Source of the DNA: a virus
Length of the DNA stretch: 64,000 bases
IMG/VR virus record: IMGVR_UViG_3300032242_002232
Coordinates: 35,214 to 99,213 of that record
Strand: one strand, 5' to 3'
The notes beneath the pieces are model-generated. The model was given only the letters and a program-made list of their open reading frames with translations. It ran no database searches and was not told where the DNA came from. Below, piece after piece: positions 46,684 to 56,987 of this stretch (position 1 is its first letter; every line of letters begins with the position of its first letter). Made by a program: the position numbers and the translations under genes.

Positions 46684-47327
46684 TGCCATTTATTTTAAAC
46701 GAAGAGGCTGCTCTCAAAGTCCTGCTTTCTGGCATGACTGTTGCTGACGCTGGATCTCAATCCCGACCTGTAGGCGTATTTTATGGGCAACCCGATAAAG
46801 AAATTCGTCAACAAAACTATCCCTATATCACTATCGATTTGATCAATATATCTGAAGCTACAGAACGTGTTCAATCAGGAACAGTGGTAGTTCCTTATGA
46901 GCCAGAAGGTTGGGATGGCGTATCCAGCTTGCGTACCCCTTACCCAATGCCAATAAATTTAGATTATCAAATCACAACTTTTTCTCGTCAACCACGACAT
47001 GATAGACAGATTCTGGCTCAGCTTCTTAGTATAGGAAGACTGCCAGTTAGATTTGGTGCCCTAACAATCCCTCAAGATAACACAAATCGAAGAGTGGAGA
47101 ATCTTGGGTTTTCCAAAAGAGACACAACTGAAGCGGACAAACGTCTTTTCATGAACGTCTTTTCAATAAGAATCGCTTCTGAAATCTTCAGAACCGAATT
47201 CAATACAAAGGACTATATTGTCCAAACAAGAAATATTGGTGTCAAAACCGATACAGGATCTACACCCGTAAATCCAAACACCGACCTATATCATCTGTTA
47301 CAAACGCAACAAGCACAAATCGTATAA
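46683..47327 (+). CDS. Tail terminator/completion protein
   Basis: YP.I.I; P.P..L.YQIT; directly before sheath. Confidence 0.65.
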   Translation: MPFILNEEAALKVLLSGMTVADAGSQSRPVGVFYGQPDKEIRQQNYPYITIDLINISEATERVQSGTVVVPYEPEGWDGVSSLRTPYPMPINLDYQITTFSRQPRHDRQILAQLLSIGRLPVRFGALTIPQDNTNRRVENLGFSKRDTTEADKRLFMNVFSIRIASEIFRTEFNTKDYIVQTRNIGVKTDTGSTPVNPNTDLYHLLQTQQAQIV

Positions 47328-47375
47328 AACTCGGATCCACAAGAAAACAACCTAACTAATTAAGGAGAAAACCTA

Positions 47376-48959
47376 ATGGCTACAACATACAGTAGACCAG
47401 GCGTCTTTATCCAAGAAGTGGAACTTCCACAGACGATTGACCTCTCTGACAATACCAATGCTATTGGTGCGTTTGTCGGTGCTTTGGCTAAAGGTCCTAC
47501 GAACGTTCCAGTTCTTATTTCTTCTTGGCAGCAGTTTGTCAAGATTTTTGGAGGACTCCAAGACGCATACCCAACAACCTGGGCAGCCTATAACTTTTTT
47601 GCTAATGGCGGCCATGACCTCTACATCCAGCGTGTAACAGGTTCAGGATCAGCTGCTGCTTCAGTAATGCTTACTGATTCCTCATCTTCACACATTAACA
47701 CTATTCTTGTACAAGCTGCAAGTAAGGGTTCATGGGGAAATAGCCTTGCTGTTTCAGTAAATGCTGCCGGCTCATCTACTAAGTTTGGTATTTCAGTTTA
47801 TGGTTCACCAACCATTGCTGGTAATGCTACCTCAAACTTGCTAGAAACCTACACAGATTTGAGCATGGATAAGACAGACCCACGATACTTTGTATCTGTC
47901 ATCAATACTCAGTCCTCATTTATTGGTGTATTTGATCAGAACTCAGCATCTGCTGCGCCTACAAATATGCCTACAAGTGGATCTACACTCTACGCGCTAG
48001 GTTCAACAGCTGCGGGTGCGGACGGCTCAACACCAACACGTACTAACTACAACACAGCTTTGTCAAGCTTTGATCCAGTACAGAACCCACTAGTAATGTA
48101 CAACCCAGATGCTCCATACCTTTACAACACATCTACAGGTAGCGGAACAGATCGTACTAATTCCATTGGAATTCTTAGCGACCTTGTTACCTACTGCCAG
48201 GGACGTGGTGATGGATTTGCTGTTCTCGATACCCCTCAGGGACTATCAGCTTCAGAAGCTCAGACATATGCAAATGACGTAGACGCTGCTTTTGCCGCAT
48301 CATCTGATGGTGGCGTTTGTGCAGTTTACTACCCATGGCTTTTAATTCCAGACACCCTAAAAGCTACACCAGGAGTGACACGTCTACAGGCTCCAGGAGC
48401 TTCGGTAGTGGGTCAGTACCTAGCTACAGATGCAGCTCGTGGCGTATTCAAGACACCAGCAGGATTGACAAACCGAGTGAACTTAGCAGTAGCTACAGAC
48501 CACCAGTTTACAAACGCTGAGCTTGATTCTCTCAACACTTCTTCAAACCCAGTTAACGTTATCCGCCAGGTTCCTGGTGCCGGTATCTGTATCATGGGTG
48601 GACGTACACTAAAGGCTACACCTGGCGGACGTTACATCAACGTACGTCGCTCTCTAACATACATTGAAAAAGAAGTTAAAGATCTAACATCTTTTGCTAT
48701 CTTTGAAAACAATGATGCTAATCTATGGAATCGTATTGGCGTTGCCATTGGCACCTTCTTGGGTACCTACTGGCAGCAAGGCGGCTTGCGTGGAAACAAG
48801 CCAACTGATGCTTACTACGTACGATGCGACGCAAGCAATAACTCTATGGCTGACATTATGAGCGGTAAAGTTAATATTGAAATTGGCGTTGCTCTCGAAT
48901 ATCCGGCCGAATTTGTGATCATCAAGATCGGTCAACTTACTGGAAACGCTACGGCATAA
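47376..48959 (+). CDS. Contractile tail sheath protein
   Basis: RPGVFIQE, AFVG...KGP, FF.NGG, AVYYPW, RGVFK.PAG, YINVRR, FE.ND..LW, PAEFVII. Confidence 0.96.
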   Translation: MATTYSRPGVFIQEVELPQTIDLSDNTNAIGAFVGALAKGPTNVPVLISSWQQFVKIFGGLQDAYPTTWAAYNFFANGGHDLYIQRVTGSGSAAASVMLTDSSSSHINTILVQAASKGSWGNSLAVSVNAAGSSTKFGISVYGSPTIAGNATSNLLETYTDLSMDKTDPRYFVSVINTQSSFIGVFDQNSASAAPTNMPTSGSTLYALGSTAAGADGSTPTRTNYNTALSSFDPVQNPLVMYNPDAPYLYNTSTGSGTDRTNSIGILSDLVTYCQGRGDGFAVLDTPQGLSASEAQTYANDVDAAFAASSDGGVCAVYYPWLLIPDTLKATPGVTRLQAPGASVVGQYLATDAARGVFKTPAGLTNRVNLAVATDHQFTNAELDSLNTSSNPVNVIRQVPGAGICIMGGRTLKATPGGRYINVRRSLTYIEKEVKDLTSFAIFENNDANLWNRIGVAIGTFLGTYWQQGGLRGNKPTDAYYVRCDASNNSMADIMSGKVNIEIGVALEYPAEFVIIKIGQLTGNATA

Positions 48960-48972
48960 GGAGATATGAATA

Positions 48973-49590
48973 ATGCCACTATCAATTGATAACATCAAGA
49001 GAGGTTTAACTACGGATCCAATCCGTACGTTTAAATTCTTGGTAACAATCACACCTAATACCGACGACGGTAAGTGGGATGTCGCTAAGTGGAACCAGAT
49101 GGGCTTTGTATCTCTATCGGGACTAAGCGTCTCAACAGAGCCTATTGCGTACCGCGAAGGTGGATATAACACTAACGTGCACCAGATTCCTGGTCAGTCG
49201 TCTTTCACACCTATCACTTTGTCTCATGGACAAATGCTAGGACAGACCCAGAATCAGGCGTGGATGAAGCGCCTATTCTCAATCCTAACTCCGGGTGCTA
49301 CTTCAGGTGTTGGTGCGGACTTCCGTTGCACCGTTGACATTGCTGTACTAAGCCACCCAAACCCAGCTGGAGCTACAGGTGCTGGACAAGCTACCTCAGC
49401 AACAGACCAGGGGCAGCACGTAGCTATGCGCTTCCGAGTGTATAATGCTTGGATTGCTAACCTTGGTTACAGCAACTTAGATGCAGGACAAAGCACACTC
49501 ATGGTTGAAGAAATGACCCTCGTTCACGAAGGTTTTGACGTAATCATGGCTAAGGACTACACAACAAGCGCAGCTAACTTCACAAACTAA
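48973..49590 (+). CDS. Tail tube protein (T4 gp19-like)
   Basis: DPIR.FKF.V, GF..SGL...E...YREGG, PG..F.PITL, AW......LDA, EE.TL.HEG. Confidence 0.93.
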   Translation: MPLSIDNIKRGLTTDPIRTFKFLVTITPNTDDGKWDVAKWNQMGFVSLSGLSVSTEPIAYREGGYNTNVHQIPGQSSFTPITLSHGQMLGQTQNQAWMKRLFSILTPGATSGVGADFRCTVDIAVLSHPNPAGATGAGQATSATDQGQHVAMRFRVYNAWIANLGYSNLDAGQSTLMVEEMTLVHEGFDVIMAKDYTTSAANFTN

Positions 49591-49611
49591 TAATAGAAAT
49601 AGGTATACAAG

Positions 49612-50430
49612 ATGGCAACTGAAACAACGATTAGCGCGGCGGATTCGCCAGCTATGGCTAATAAACTAGTTGAAGATGCTCTTTCCGATCAGACGGTGGA
49701 GTCAACCGAGAAACCCCCGGTTGCCTCTCCCTCTGACGGTGAAGTTACTCTACCTGGTGGTCTTGATGATCCTTTTGAAGGTTTAATCAAGACTGCCAGA
49801 GTACGAGAGCTTACCGGAGCAGATGAAGAAATTATTGCAAGAATTACGGACCCTGGCAAATCTTTGCTCACCATTCTAGAGCGTGGAGTTGAATCTATTG
49901 GTGATAAGTCTATGGATAAAGAAACTCTAGACAGCCTACTAGCTGGTGACAGAGAGATGCTTCTCTTGGCTATTCGCAAGGTAACCTTTGGAGAAGAAAC
50001 CCAGGTTGGGCCTGGGCTATGCCCAAGCTGTTCAGAAGAGCAGACATTTACTATCAATCTAACTGACGATGTTGAGGTTAAGCAGCTCGACGAATCAGAT
50101 CGCCACTTTACTGTAAAGAGTAAAGTAGGGGATATTGAGGTATCTCTGCCAAACGGAAGTGTGCAGAAAGCATTGGTAAATGCTTCAAACAAGAACTCTG
50201 CTGAACTAGATACTATTATTTTAAACGGATGTGTAACATCCATTAATGGCCTTCCGGTCCTAAATACTAAGGTAATTAAAGACCTTGGAATCAAGGATCG
50301 TAGAGCTATACTTAAGGCAATATCAGACCGCAACCCAGGTCCACAACTCGGAGCAATTAAGAAGAACTGCAGTTCCTGCGGGTCGGAGGTCCCGCTTCCG
50401 CTCACCTTGGCGGAACTATTTCAAGAGTGA
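49612..50430 (+). CDS. Tail assembly chaperone (T4 gp26-like)
   Basis: RELTG.DEE, L..GDR..LL..IR..T.G, CPSC, C..CG; lies between tube and tape measure. Confidence 0.75.
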   Translation: MATETTISAADSPAMANKLVEDALSDQTVESTEKPPVASPSDGEVTLPGGLDDPFEGLIKTARVRELTGADEEIIARITDPGKSLLTILERGVESIGDKSMDKETLDSLLAGDREMLLLAIRKVTFGEETQVGPGLCPSCSEEQTFTINLTDDVEVKQLDESDRHFTVKSKVGDIEVSLPNGSVQKALVNASNKNSAELDTIILNGCVTSINGLPVLNTKVIKDLGIKDRRAILKAISDRNPGPQLGAIKKNCSSCGSEVPLPLTLAELFQE

Positions 50431-50557
50431 GTTAAGTTATGAATTCTTAATTGAATCATACGAATTACTCTCGAAGGCCTACCCAGGCTGGACATTGCAG
50501 GACATAAGATCGTTCTCTTTCCGTGAGAGAACAATGTGGATACTACGTATTAGGTAA
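50420..50557 (+). CDS. Frameshift extension of the tail assembly chaperone (+1 frame)
   Basis: Start-less ORF FKSELSYE...YPGWTL.DI......ER..W overlapping CTA TTT CAA. Confidence 0.6.
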   Translation, partial: FKSELSYEFLIESYELLSKAYPGWTLQDIRSFSFRERTMWILRIR

Positions 50558-50572
50558 AGGCGGTGATAACCC

Positions 50573-53485
50573 TTGGCAATTAACAATATGTTTTCTGCGG
50601 CAGATGATGACGTAGAAGGTATCGGAACCACGTTCGATCGTGAGTTCGAAAAAGCTTATAAGATTCTTAAGCAGATGCATGTCGAAACTAAAGGCATGAA
50701 AGAAGATGCTGAGGGTGCCGCTGGAGCCTACGCTGGAAAACAAGTAGGCGGAGGCAAACTTGGCCTAGGTACAATGCCTTTGCGGTCTGCTCTTGGACAA
50801 TTCAGTAGGGGTCAATTAGCTGTAGGCGGAGCTATGGCAGCTGGATCTGTAGCCATGAGCATGGCTCCAAACACCATGTCAGCGGTTGCCCAAAGGATGT
50901 ATGCGGACTCCGTAGCGGGTCTTAGTGGTATGAAGGCAAGCCAGGTAATTAGCCAGTCTAATCGCCTTGTAAACGGCGCTACAAGCGCTGGTGGGCCTAC
51001 TGCAGCAGCTGCTAATCTTTTCTATCAGGGCGGTTACTCTGCAGGCTCTCTCAGCTCAAGGAACATTATGTCAAGCCTTGGTGGTCTTAGCGCCATCACT
51101 GGTGGAACAAATGAGCAGGTAGCTTCAAGCCTTGCAAGCATTAATGGTATGGGATTCCTTCGTGGTGGCGTTCGTATCCGCGACAATAACGGTAACCTAT
51201 TACCAATTAATCAAATTGTCAACTCAGTCTATACCGTGCTTTATGGTGGACGTAAAGTTACCGAACAACAAGCTGCAATGCTTCTTAACCCTAACTCAAA
51301 GGGTTATCAGACACTTATGATGTTAACAGGTGGTGACACTAACCTGATGAACACCATCGCTATGGCTGTAATTACTCGTGCGCGTAAGGGAAGCAACCTT
51401 ACAAAGAAAGACTTGGGAAGCGCTAACCAAGCATTAAATGTTATGGGTGTTGAAGGTAATAGCCCAATTAGATCTAATTTTAAATTTGCCGCTTCAGAAA
51501 ATAATGCCCTAGCTGCTACTCAAGCTGGGTTGGTTAACGGGTATAACGTATCTTTAAATACTGTAGCGGCGCTTAACAATGGGTTTGCTGAACTTGCTAA
51601 AACTCTAAGCCCAGTTACATATGGACTTATGAGTCTTAAAGGCGCTCTTCAAACATTTCCACAAGCTGGAAATATGGGCGGAACTCTTTCTGGCATTGGC
51701 TCAATGATTAGTGGTATGGGTGGCCAAGTTTTACAAACCGCAATGATGGGTAAGGTACTGGGTGTCGGTCGTTTTGCTACCTCAGGCGCAACAGCATTAG
51801 AAGGAGCGGCGGCTACGGGTGTTGCCGCAAACGCAGCTAAAGGTGCCAAAAACTTTAAACTAGGTCGTGCAGGAAAACTTGGTGGTGGAGCATTAGTTGC
51901 AAGCATTGCTCAAGCCCTTATTAACTCTCTACCCGGAGTTAAAAATCATCAAAATAGCGGAATTGTTAAAGCTGGAAACTTTGCGGCAAATGTGGGTAAA
52001 GATGCGTTAACTGGAGCTGCAATTGGAGCATTAATTCCAGTATTGGGTGAAACCGGTATCTCAGAGGCTATTGGAGCTACATTAGGAACCGGCTATGGGA
52101 TTGTTTCGCAATTGTTTGGCGGTAAAGGTGGAGGCTCTGATGGTAGCGGTGGAAACAACAATACCGGTAGCTCATCTGGATCTTCTGGTGGATTAGGTAT
52201 GCCTGTTCCTAGGGGAACACCTATTTCATCACCTTATGGTAATCGTCCTGGAGGACACGGCGTTAAGCCTGGATTCCACCCCGGCATTGATTACGCAACA
52301 CGAGTAGGTACTCCAGTCCAAGCTATGGCTGATGGTGTTGTAACTAAAGTTGGAAATGAAAAAGCTGGTTGGGGTAATTATGTTCTTATTAACCACGGCT
52401 CTGTATCAACCCGTTATGCACACCTTAGCCAAATCTCTGTAAAGCAGGGGCAGACTGTTAAGCGTGGACAAGTAATTGGTAAGTCTGGCGGTCTTAAAGG
52501 TGCAGCTGGTTCGGGTAATTCTACTGGTCCGCATCTTCACGCAGAAGTTTTAAAGGGAAATAAAACCGTAAACCCTCAAGGTTTCTTTGGAAAAGTTGGC
52601 GGATTCTTAGGAAACCTATTTAAAGATGGCATTAATATGGCCAAGAATGTTGCCGGATTCCTTACTGGTGGAAATACGCATAATGAAATAACTAATCCTT
52701 TTCATAATACTCAAAGTATGACTGGAAAAACCATAGGAACGCTTAGTAGCTCCAGCCTTACATCTATCTTAAATGGTGATTTAAATAGGGGTAAGTCTGT
52801 TGGGTATTCTGATATTGAGAATTGGTTTGGATCTAAGAAACGATCTATGTATCTAAACCACAACCAAGATTCTTTAATTAACAACTCTTATAACGCTGGT
52901 AAAGATGAGGTTGCCGGCCGAATGGCTGGCGGAAGCCGTAAGGGAATGATTGAGGTTCTCCGCAGAGCCGGGTTCTCAGGCAAGGCATTAGACACAGCTT
53001 TTGCCGTGGCAATGGCTGAATCTGGTGGTCGTATGGATCGACCAGGTGACGTTGGCATTCAAACCAAAAAATGGGGGCCAAGTTACGGTATGTTTCAAAT
53101 TCGTTCTTTAAAGCATTGGCAAGATTACAACGAGCCTTACCGTGACGGCAAGCGCTTAACTGATGCCGACTTCAATGCTAAATCTGCATTTACTATTTCT
53201 AAGGGGGGGACTAACTGGAAGCCATGGTCTACTTATCAAAACGGATCCTTCTTAAAATACATTGATGATGCTCACCGAGCTGAGGCAGGTCAAGGTGGTG
53301 GCAGTGGAATGCCTATGGACATCAACACAAACAATCCTAACTCTAAGCACCACATAACAAATGTAAAGGTTGAGATGAAAGTGCATATCGAAAGGTCAAG
53401 CATTGCTGAGGCTGAGCAGATGTTCCAGCATTTTGCTAAGCGTCTTGAGCACGGTCTAGCTAAGAATGTGGTGATGACTTACTAA
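50573..53485 (+). CDS. Tape measure protein with M23 peptidase and lytic transglycosylase domains
   Basis: Ala/Gly-rich helical region; HPGID, YAHLS, STGPHLH; AVAMAES, SYGMFQI, W.PW.TY. Confidence 0.9.
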   Translation: MAINNMFSAADDDVEGIGTTFDREFEKAYKILKQMHVETKGMKEDAEGAAGAYAGKQVGGGKLGLGTMPLRSALGQFSRGQLAVGGAMAAGSVAMSMAPNTMSAVAQRMYADSVAGLSGMKASQVISQSNRLVNGATSAGGPTAAAANLFYQGGYSAGSLSSRNIMSSLGGLSAITGGTNEQVASSLASINGMGFLRGGVRIRDNNGNLLPINQIVNSVYTVLYGGRKVTEQQAAMLLNPNSKGYQTLMMLTGGDTNLMNTIAMAVITRARKGSNLTKKDLGSANQALNVMGVEGNSPIRSNFKFAASENNALAATQAGLVNGYNVSLNTVAALNNGFAELAKTLSPVTYGLMSLKGALQTFPQAGNMGGTLSGIGSMISGMGGQVLQTAMMGKVLGVGRFATSGATALEGAAATGVAANAAKGAKNFKLGRAGKLGGGALVASIAQALINSLPGVKNHQNSGIVKAGNFAANVGKDALTGAAIGALIPVLGETGISEAIGATLGTGYGIVSQLFGGKGGGSDGSGGNNNTGSSSGSSGGLGMPVPRGTPISSPYGNRPGGHGVKPGFHPGIDYATRVGTPVQAMADGVVTKVGNEKAGWGNYVLINHGSVSTRYAHLSQISVKQGQTVKRGQVIGKSGGLKGAAGSGNSTGPHLHAEVLKGNKTVNPQGFFGKVGGFLGNLFKDGINMAKNVAGFLTGGNTHNEITNPFHNTQSMTGKTIGTLSSSSLTSILNGDLNRGKSVGYSDIENWFGSKKRSMYLNHNQDSLINNSYNAGKDEVAGRMAGGSRKGMIEVLRRAGFSGKALDTAFAVAMAESGGRMDRPGDVGIQTKKWGPSYGMFQIRSLKHWQDYNEPYRDGKRLTDADFNAKSAFTISKGGTNWKPWSTYQNGSFLKYIDDAHRAEAGQGGGSGMPMDINTNNPNSKHHITNVKVEMKVHIERSSIAEAEQMFQHFAKRLEHGLAKNVVMTY

Positions 53486-55230
53486 TGGCACTTACATACT
53501 ACTATAATGAGTTTCTTCAACAAAAGTTAAATGGATCTTACGTGACCGTAACTTCCGCCAATGTTAATATAAACTTAAATGAAATTGACAACTCAAGCTC
53601 AAACGTATCAAAGACTTCTCTTCTCTATGTAATTAAAGCATATGAACTTGACTCTACAACGGGGCGTAGTCGACAGTTATCTGGAGATGAAGTAAAGGTA
53701 ACTGTTGGAAGTACTTGGGTAGGGTATTTTTCTAAAGTAGGTACTGTAAACAACCAGTACTTTACTGCTGCAACAAATCCTGGAGCGGGTTGGAGCATAC
53801 TTGTAGCAAGCAAGCAAAATGTAGTTAAGCCTAGCTTTGTAGTCAAACTAAAATCTGATGACTCCACAATACCCTATCAGGCCATTACACAGGCTAACTG
53901 GGATGCCTTAGGCGTCGGTATGCAAGCTAACGGCACTATTTTATCTACACCACCAACTTCTCCTCAAACATTTACTGTAACTAAAGCTCAAACAGTTCCA
54001 GCAATTCCTCAGGGATTGATCACCCTTTTAAATCCTACTGGAGGAAGTGACTTATCCTACATTCAGTGGGATCCGGTAAACAAGTATTATGTGGGTATTC
54101 AACAAACCTATGTAGCTAAGACTAAGATTACAACCTATACCGCCACATATTGGAACCCTGGAAGTAGTGGTACACAGCTAAAAAACTTAACTAGAATTGT
54201 TGGTACAAACGCTTCTGGAAAACTTGCTGCTCAAAATATTCTAATTGATGCCCTTAATGGTGCGAAAAATACATCAACAAAAGTTCCTCAATTAGGCGCG
54301 GGAACTGCGCCTAAGGTTCAAAGCGTTGCGGCCCCAACAGAGGATAAAGCTAGGTTTAACCCGGTAAGCCACATAAGTACACGCGGTTATTCAAGAGGTT
54401 TAAAACTTGAAGTTTTACAAAGAACTCAACTACCCTACAGTGCTAATTCTGACCTGCCTGGTTCTATATCTCAACAATTTCAACGAGCAAATGTAGATCC
54501 ATCTGCATACGTGGGTAGGCTTGGAAAGATTATTCAAGATCCAAATACGGCCACTTTAGTTAACACTAAAGATCCAAAGTCTTTATGGGGATTTAGATAT
54601 ACCTATAACCCAACCACAGTCCAATATTCCGTTCAAGGAAATACTTCTGTCGACTGGACACTGGGCAGTAACGATCCTGCCGCATTATTGGCAGGAAATA
54701 TGCAAGTTACTTTTCAACTATACCTAAATCGAATTGCTGACATGACACAGCTTAAAACAAACAAGAGCAAAGGTTATGTGCCCGCCCTATCTGATACCGA
54801 AGTTCAGGGGCTTTTAAATCGAGGAACTGAATACGACTTAGAATTTTTGTATAGAGTGTGTAACGGTGATCCAGACGAAACTTTAGGTAAAAACCCTATG
54901 CTTAGTTATAACGGAAGTAGCGCTGATATTGGTATTTTAAAACAAGTGCCTGTTTGGCTACATATAAATGATAATATGAAATTATTTGGTTCTATAACAA
55001 ATATAAACGTAAATCACGCCATGTTTACTTTGGATATGATTCCTATTTTAACTACAATTGATATTACGTTTACTCGTTACCCAGCTATATTTAATGTAGC
55101 CGATTCAAGCAAGGGTGCTGGAGCGGGCTTTGCCGCAGCATCTGGTGGGTATTTAGTAGCAAACTTTGCTAAATTTGTTGGCGGAACGTCTACAACTGCT
55201 GGTGGGGGAACTACAGGAGGTAATCCCTAA
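53485..55230 (+). CDS. Baseplate/tube-initiator protein
   Basis: F.YNP.T; F.L.L; G.I....V....F...M.P....I.I.F. Confidence 0.65.
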   Translation: MALTYYYNEFLQQKLNGSYVTVTSANVNINLNEIDNSSSNVSKTSLLYVIKAYELDSTTGRSRQLSGDEVKVTVGSTWVGYFSKVGTVNNQYFTAATNPGAGWSILVASKQNVVKPSFVVKLKSDDSTIPYQAITQANWDALGVGMQANGTILSTPPTSPQTFTVTKAQTVPAIPQGLITLLNPTGGSDLSYIQWDPVNKYYVGIQQTYVAKTKITTYTATYWNPGSSGTQLKNLTRIVGTNASGKLAAQNILIDALNGAKNTSTKVPQLGAGTAPKVQSVAAPTEDKARFNPVSHISTRGYSRGLKLEVLQRTQLPYSANSDLPGSISQQFQRANVDPSAYVGRLGKIIQDPNTATLVNTKDPKSLWGFRYTYNPTTVQYSVQGNTSVDWTLGSNDPAALLAGNMQVTFQLYLNRIADMTQLKTNKSKGYVPALSDTEVQGLLNRGTEYDLEFLYRVCNGDPDETLGKNPMLSYNGSSADIGILKQVPVWLHINDNMKLFGSITNINVNHAMFTLDMIPILTTIDITFTRYPAIFNVADSSKGAGAGFAAASGGYLVANFAKFVGGTSTTAGGGTTGGNP

Positions 55231-55514
55231 TGCCTATTGAGAGAGTTTCACGTTATAACGACGGCACCTTAGCTCAGATCGAATACGCCCATACCGGGAC
55301 CTATCAAATCACGGTGTACCGTAAATGGCCTGAGTATTTTGAAAAAACTTTTTTTACCTACACCTGGATATATGGGGACGCCCTACCCCTATTAGCTGAC
55401 CGTTATTGCGGAGGAGCAAAATATTGGTGGGAAATTATGGATATTAACCCCGAAATTACTGACCCATTAAACATTGCTCCTGGAACAGTCATAAGGATTC
55501 CTTATGGCCAATAA
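55230..55514 (+). CDS. LysM/tail-X baseplate protein
   Basis: GD.L..LA.RY.G....WW.I.D.NP.I.DP..I.PG..IRIP. Confidence 0.85.
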   Translation: MPIERVSRYNDGTLAQIEYAHTGTYQITVYRKWPEYFEKTFFTYTWIYGDALPLLADRYCGGAKYWWEIMDINPEITDPLNIAPGTVIRIPYGQ

Positions 55515-56394
55515 TTCAATTCCTACAGTTCCGCGCCCGTTTGTATGGGCTTCCAATGTTATTGGAGCTAATTTTTACGTAACTTTGCCAAAAACACCTA
55601 AGTTAGAGCTACTTGCTTTGGGTATGGAGATATATCAAAAACAAATGGAACATGATTTTGCAATTATTCACCTTAAGGGTAAGCCTTATAAGTTAGAAAC
55701 ACAAATTCACTACAACGACCCTATAGTTATAACCTACCAATCAGGTAAAACTAAGTCTACATTTAATGGTTATGTTAATGCGGTAAGACAAGTTAATACC
55801 GTTAAAGGCACCAGTGAAACCATTATTGAGGTTATTGGGGCGTCCTCTGTTTTAAAAGAAACCGCTCAAAAAGTATACACAAAAGCTACTGCAGACCAGG
55901 TAGTTTCTCAAATTTGTTCAAAGTTTAGCCTATCAGCTGTAGTTCAAAGAGACGCCAGAGTACGAAATGCTATTGTGCACAGTGGGCAAAGCCACTGGCA
56001 ATTGTTACGATCTCTTGCTCTTCAAACCGGCCACGCCCTTCGTTGTGAAAATACTAATTTAACCTTTGTTTCTAAGGACAAAATAACCCTTACTAAAAAA
56101 GCATCTGCCCCGTATTTTGTCTATATCGATAATCCTAATGGCGGTGTTGTTTCCGAAGCATTGAGAAACTTGGGCAGTATACTTAATTTTAGCCCTATTA
56201 TTTCTGATGGTTCTCCAGAAACTCATTCAAATGTTGATAGGGTTATTACCGGAAGAACTACCTCTAATAGCAATGCTAAAGGTAAGGCAATTAAGACAAC
56301 CCACTCAAAAGCTGCTAAAGGCAAAGGTAAATCTTCTCAAAAACCGTCTAAGGGTGCCGTAAAACCTAGTAAGGATTTCTTTAAGAAAAAATGA
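55504..56394 (+). CDS. Baseplate hub protein, N-terminal part (gpD/VgrG gp27-like)
   Basis: F.GYV, A....LK.....Y...TADQVV.QI, QS.WQ.L..LA..G. Confidence 0.7.
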   Translation: MANNSIPTVPRPFVWASNVIGANFYVTLPKTPKLELLALGMEIYQKQMEHDFAIIHLKGKPYKLETQIHYNDPIVITYQSGKTKSTFNGYVNAVRQVNTVKGTSETIIEVIGASSVLKETAQKVYTKATADQVVSQICSKFSLSAVVQRDARVRNAIVHSGQSHWQLLRSLALQTGHALRCENTNLTFVSKDKITLTKKASAPYFVYIDNPNGGVVSEALRNLGSILNFSPIISDGSPETHSNVDRVITGRTTSNSNAKGKAIKTTHSKAAKGKGKSSQKPSKGAVKPSKDFFKKK

Positions 56395-56987
56395 GTTCTT
56401 TTTCTAAACCAAATCCAAAACCAACCTTTAAAAAACACTATCCTTTTGAGGTAGCTTCAAGCACCAATGACGCAAAACTTATTGCCGAAGCTCAGAATAA
56501 AAACCATAAATATCAGTATATGGCTGAAGTTACCGTGGTTGGGGATGCGTCAATTAGGCCTTATGACCCGATATACTTAGATAACTTACCAAATGGTTTG
56601 TCAGGATACTGGACAGTCATATCTGTAGTTCACAGGTTTGGTGGAAAACCTGGATATTACATGTTAGATCTGGTAGTGGGTACAGATAAAGTTGGAGAAA
56701 CCAGCAATAATGCACCTAAAGCCACGCCGTACAGGGATGTAGAGGGTGAGCTTAACGGGCAAAGCCTCAGTGTAGGGGATTCTGTTCTAGAAGAATTTAG
56801 TTTGTCTCCGAACGAGTCAGACCTTCCAGAACCTGTAAGTAACCTTACGGAACCAAAAGTTACTCCTAGAGCAAGCTCTTTTCCAAACCCAACAAAAGAT
56901 CCCTATGGTCTTGGAGCACCTAATTTTTCTCAAGTAAAGCGCACGGTAACCTGGAAAGCAAAGAAAGGAACTAAGGTAATTCAATGA
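56391..56987 (+). CDS. Baseplate hub protein, C-terminal part
   Basis: V.GD..IRP...I.L......SG.W.V.SV.H.F. Confidence 0.65.
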   Translation: MSSFSKPNPKPTFKKHYPFEVASSTNDAKLIAEAQNKNHKYQYMAEVTVVGDASIRPYDPIYLDNLPNGLSGYWTVISVVHRFGGKPGYYMLDLVVGTDKVGETSNNAPKATPYRDVEGELNGQSLSVGDSVLEEFSLSPNESDLPEPVSNLTEPKVTPRASSFPNPTKDPYGLGAPNFSQVKRTVTWKAKKGTKVIQ

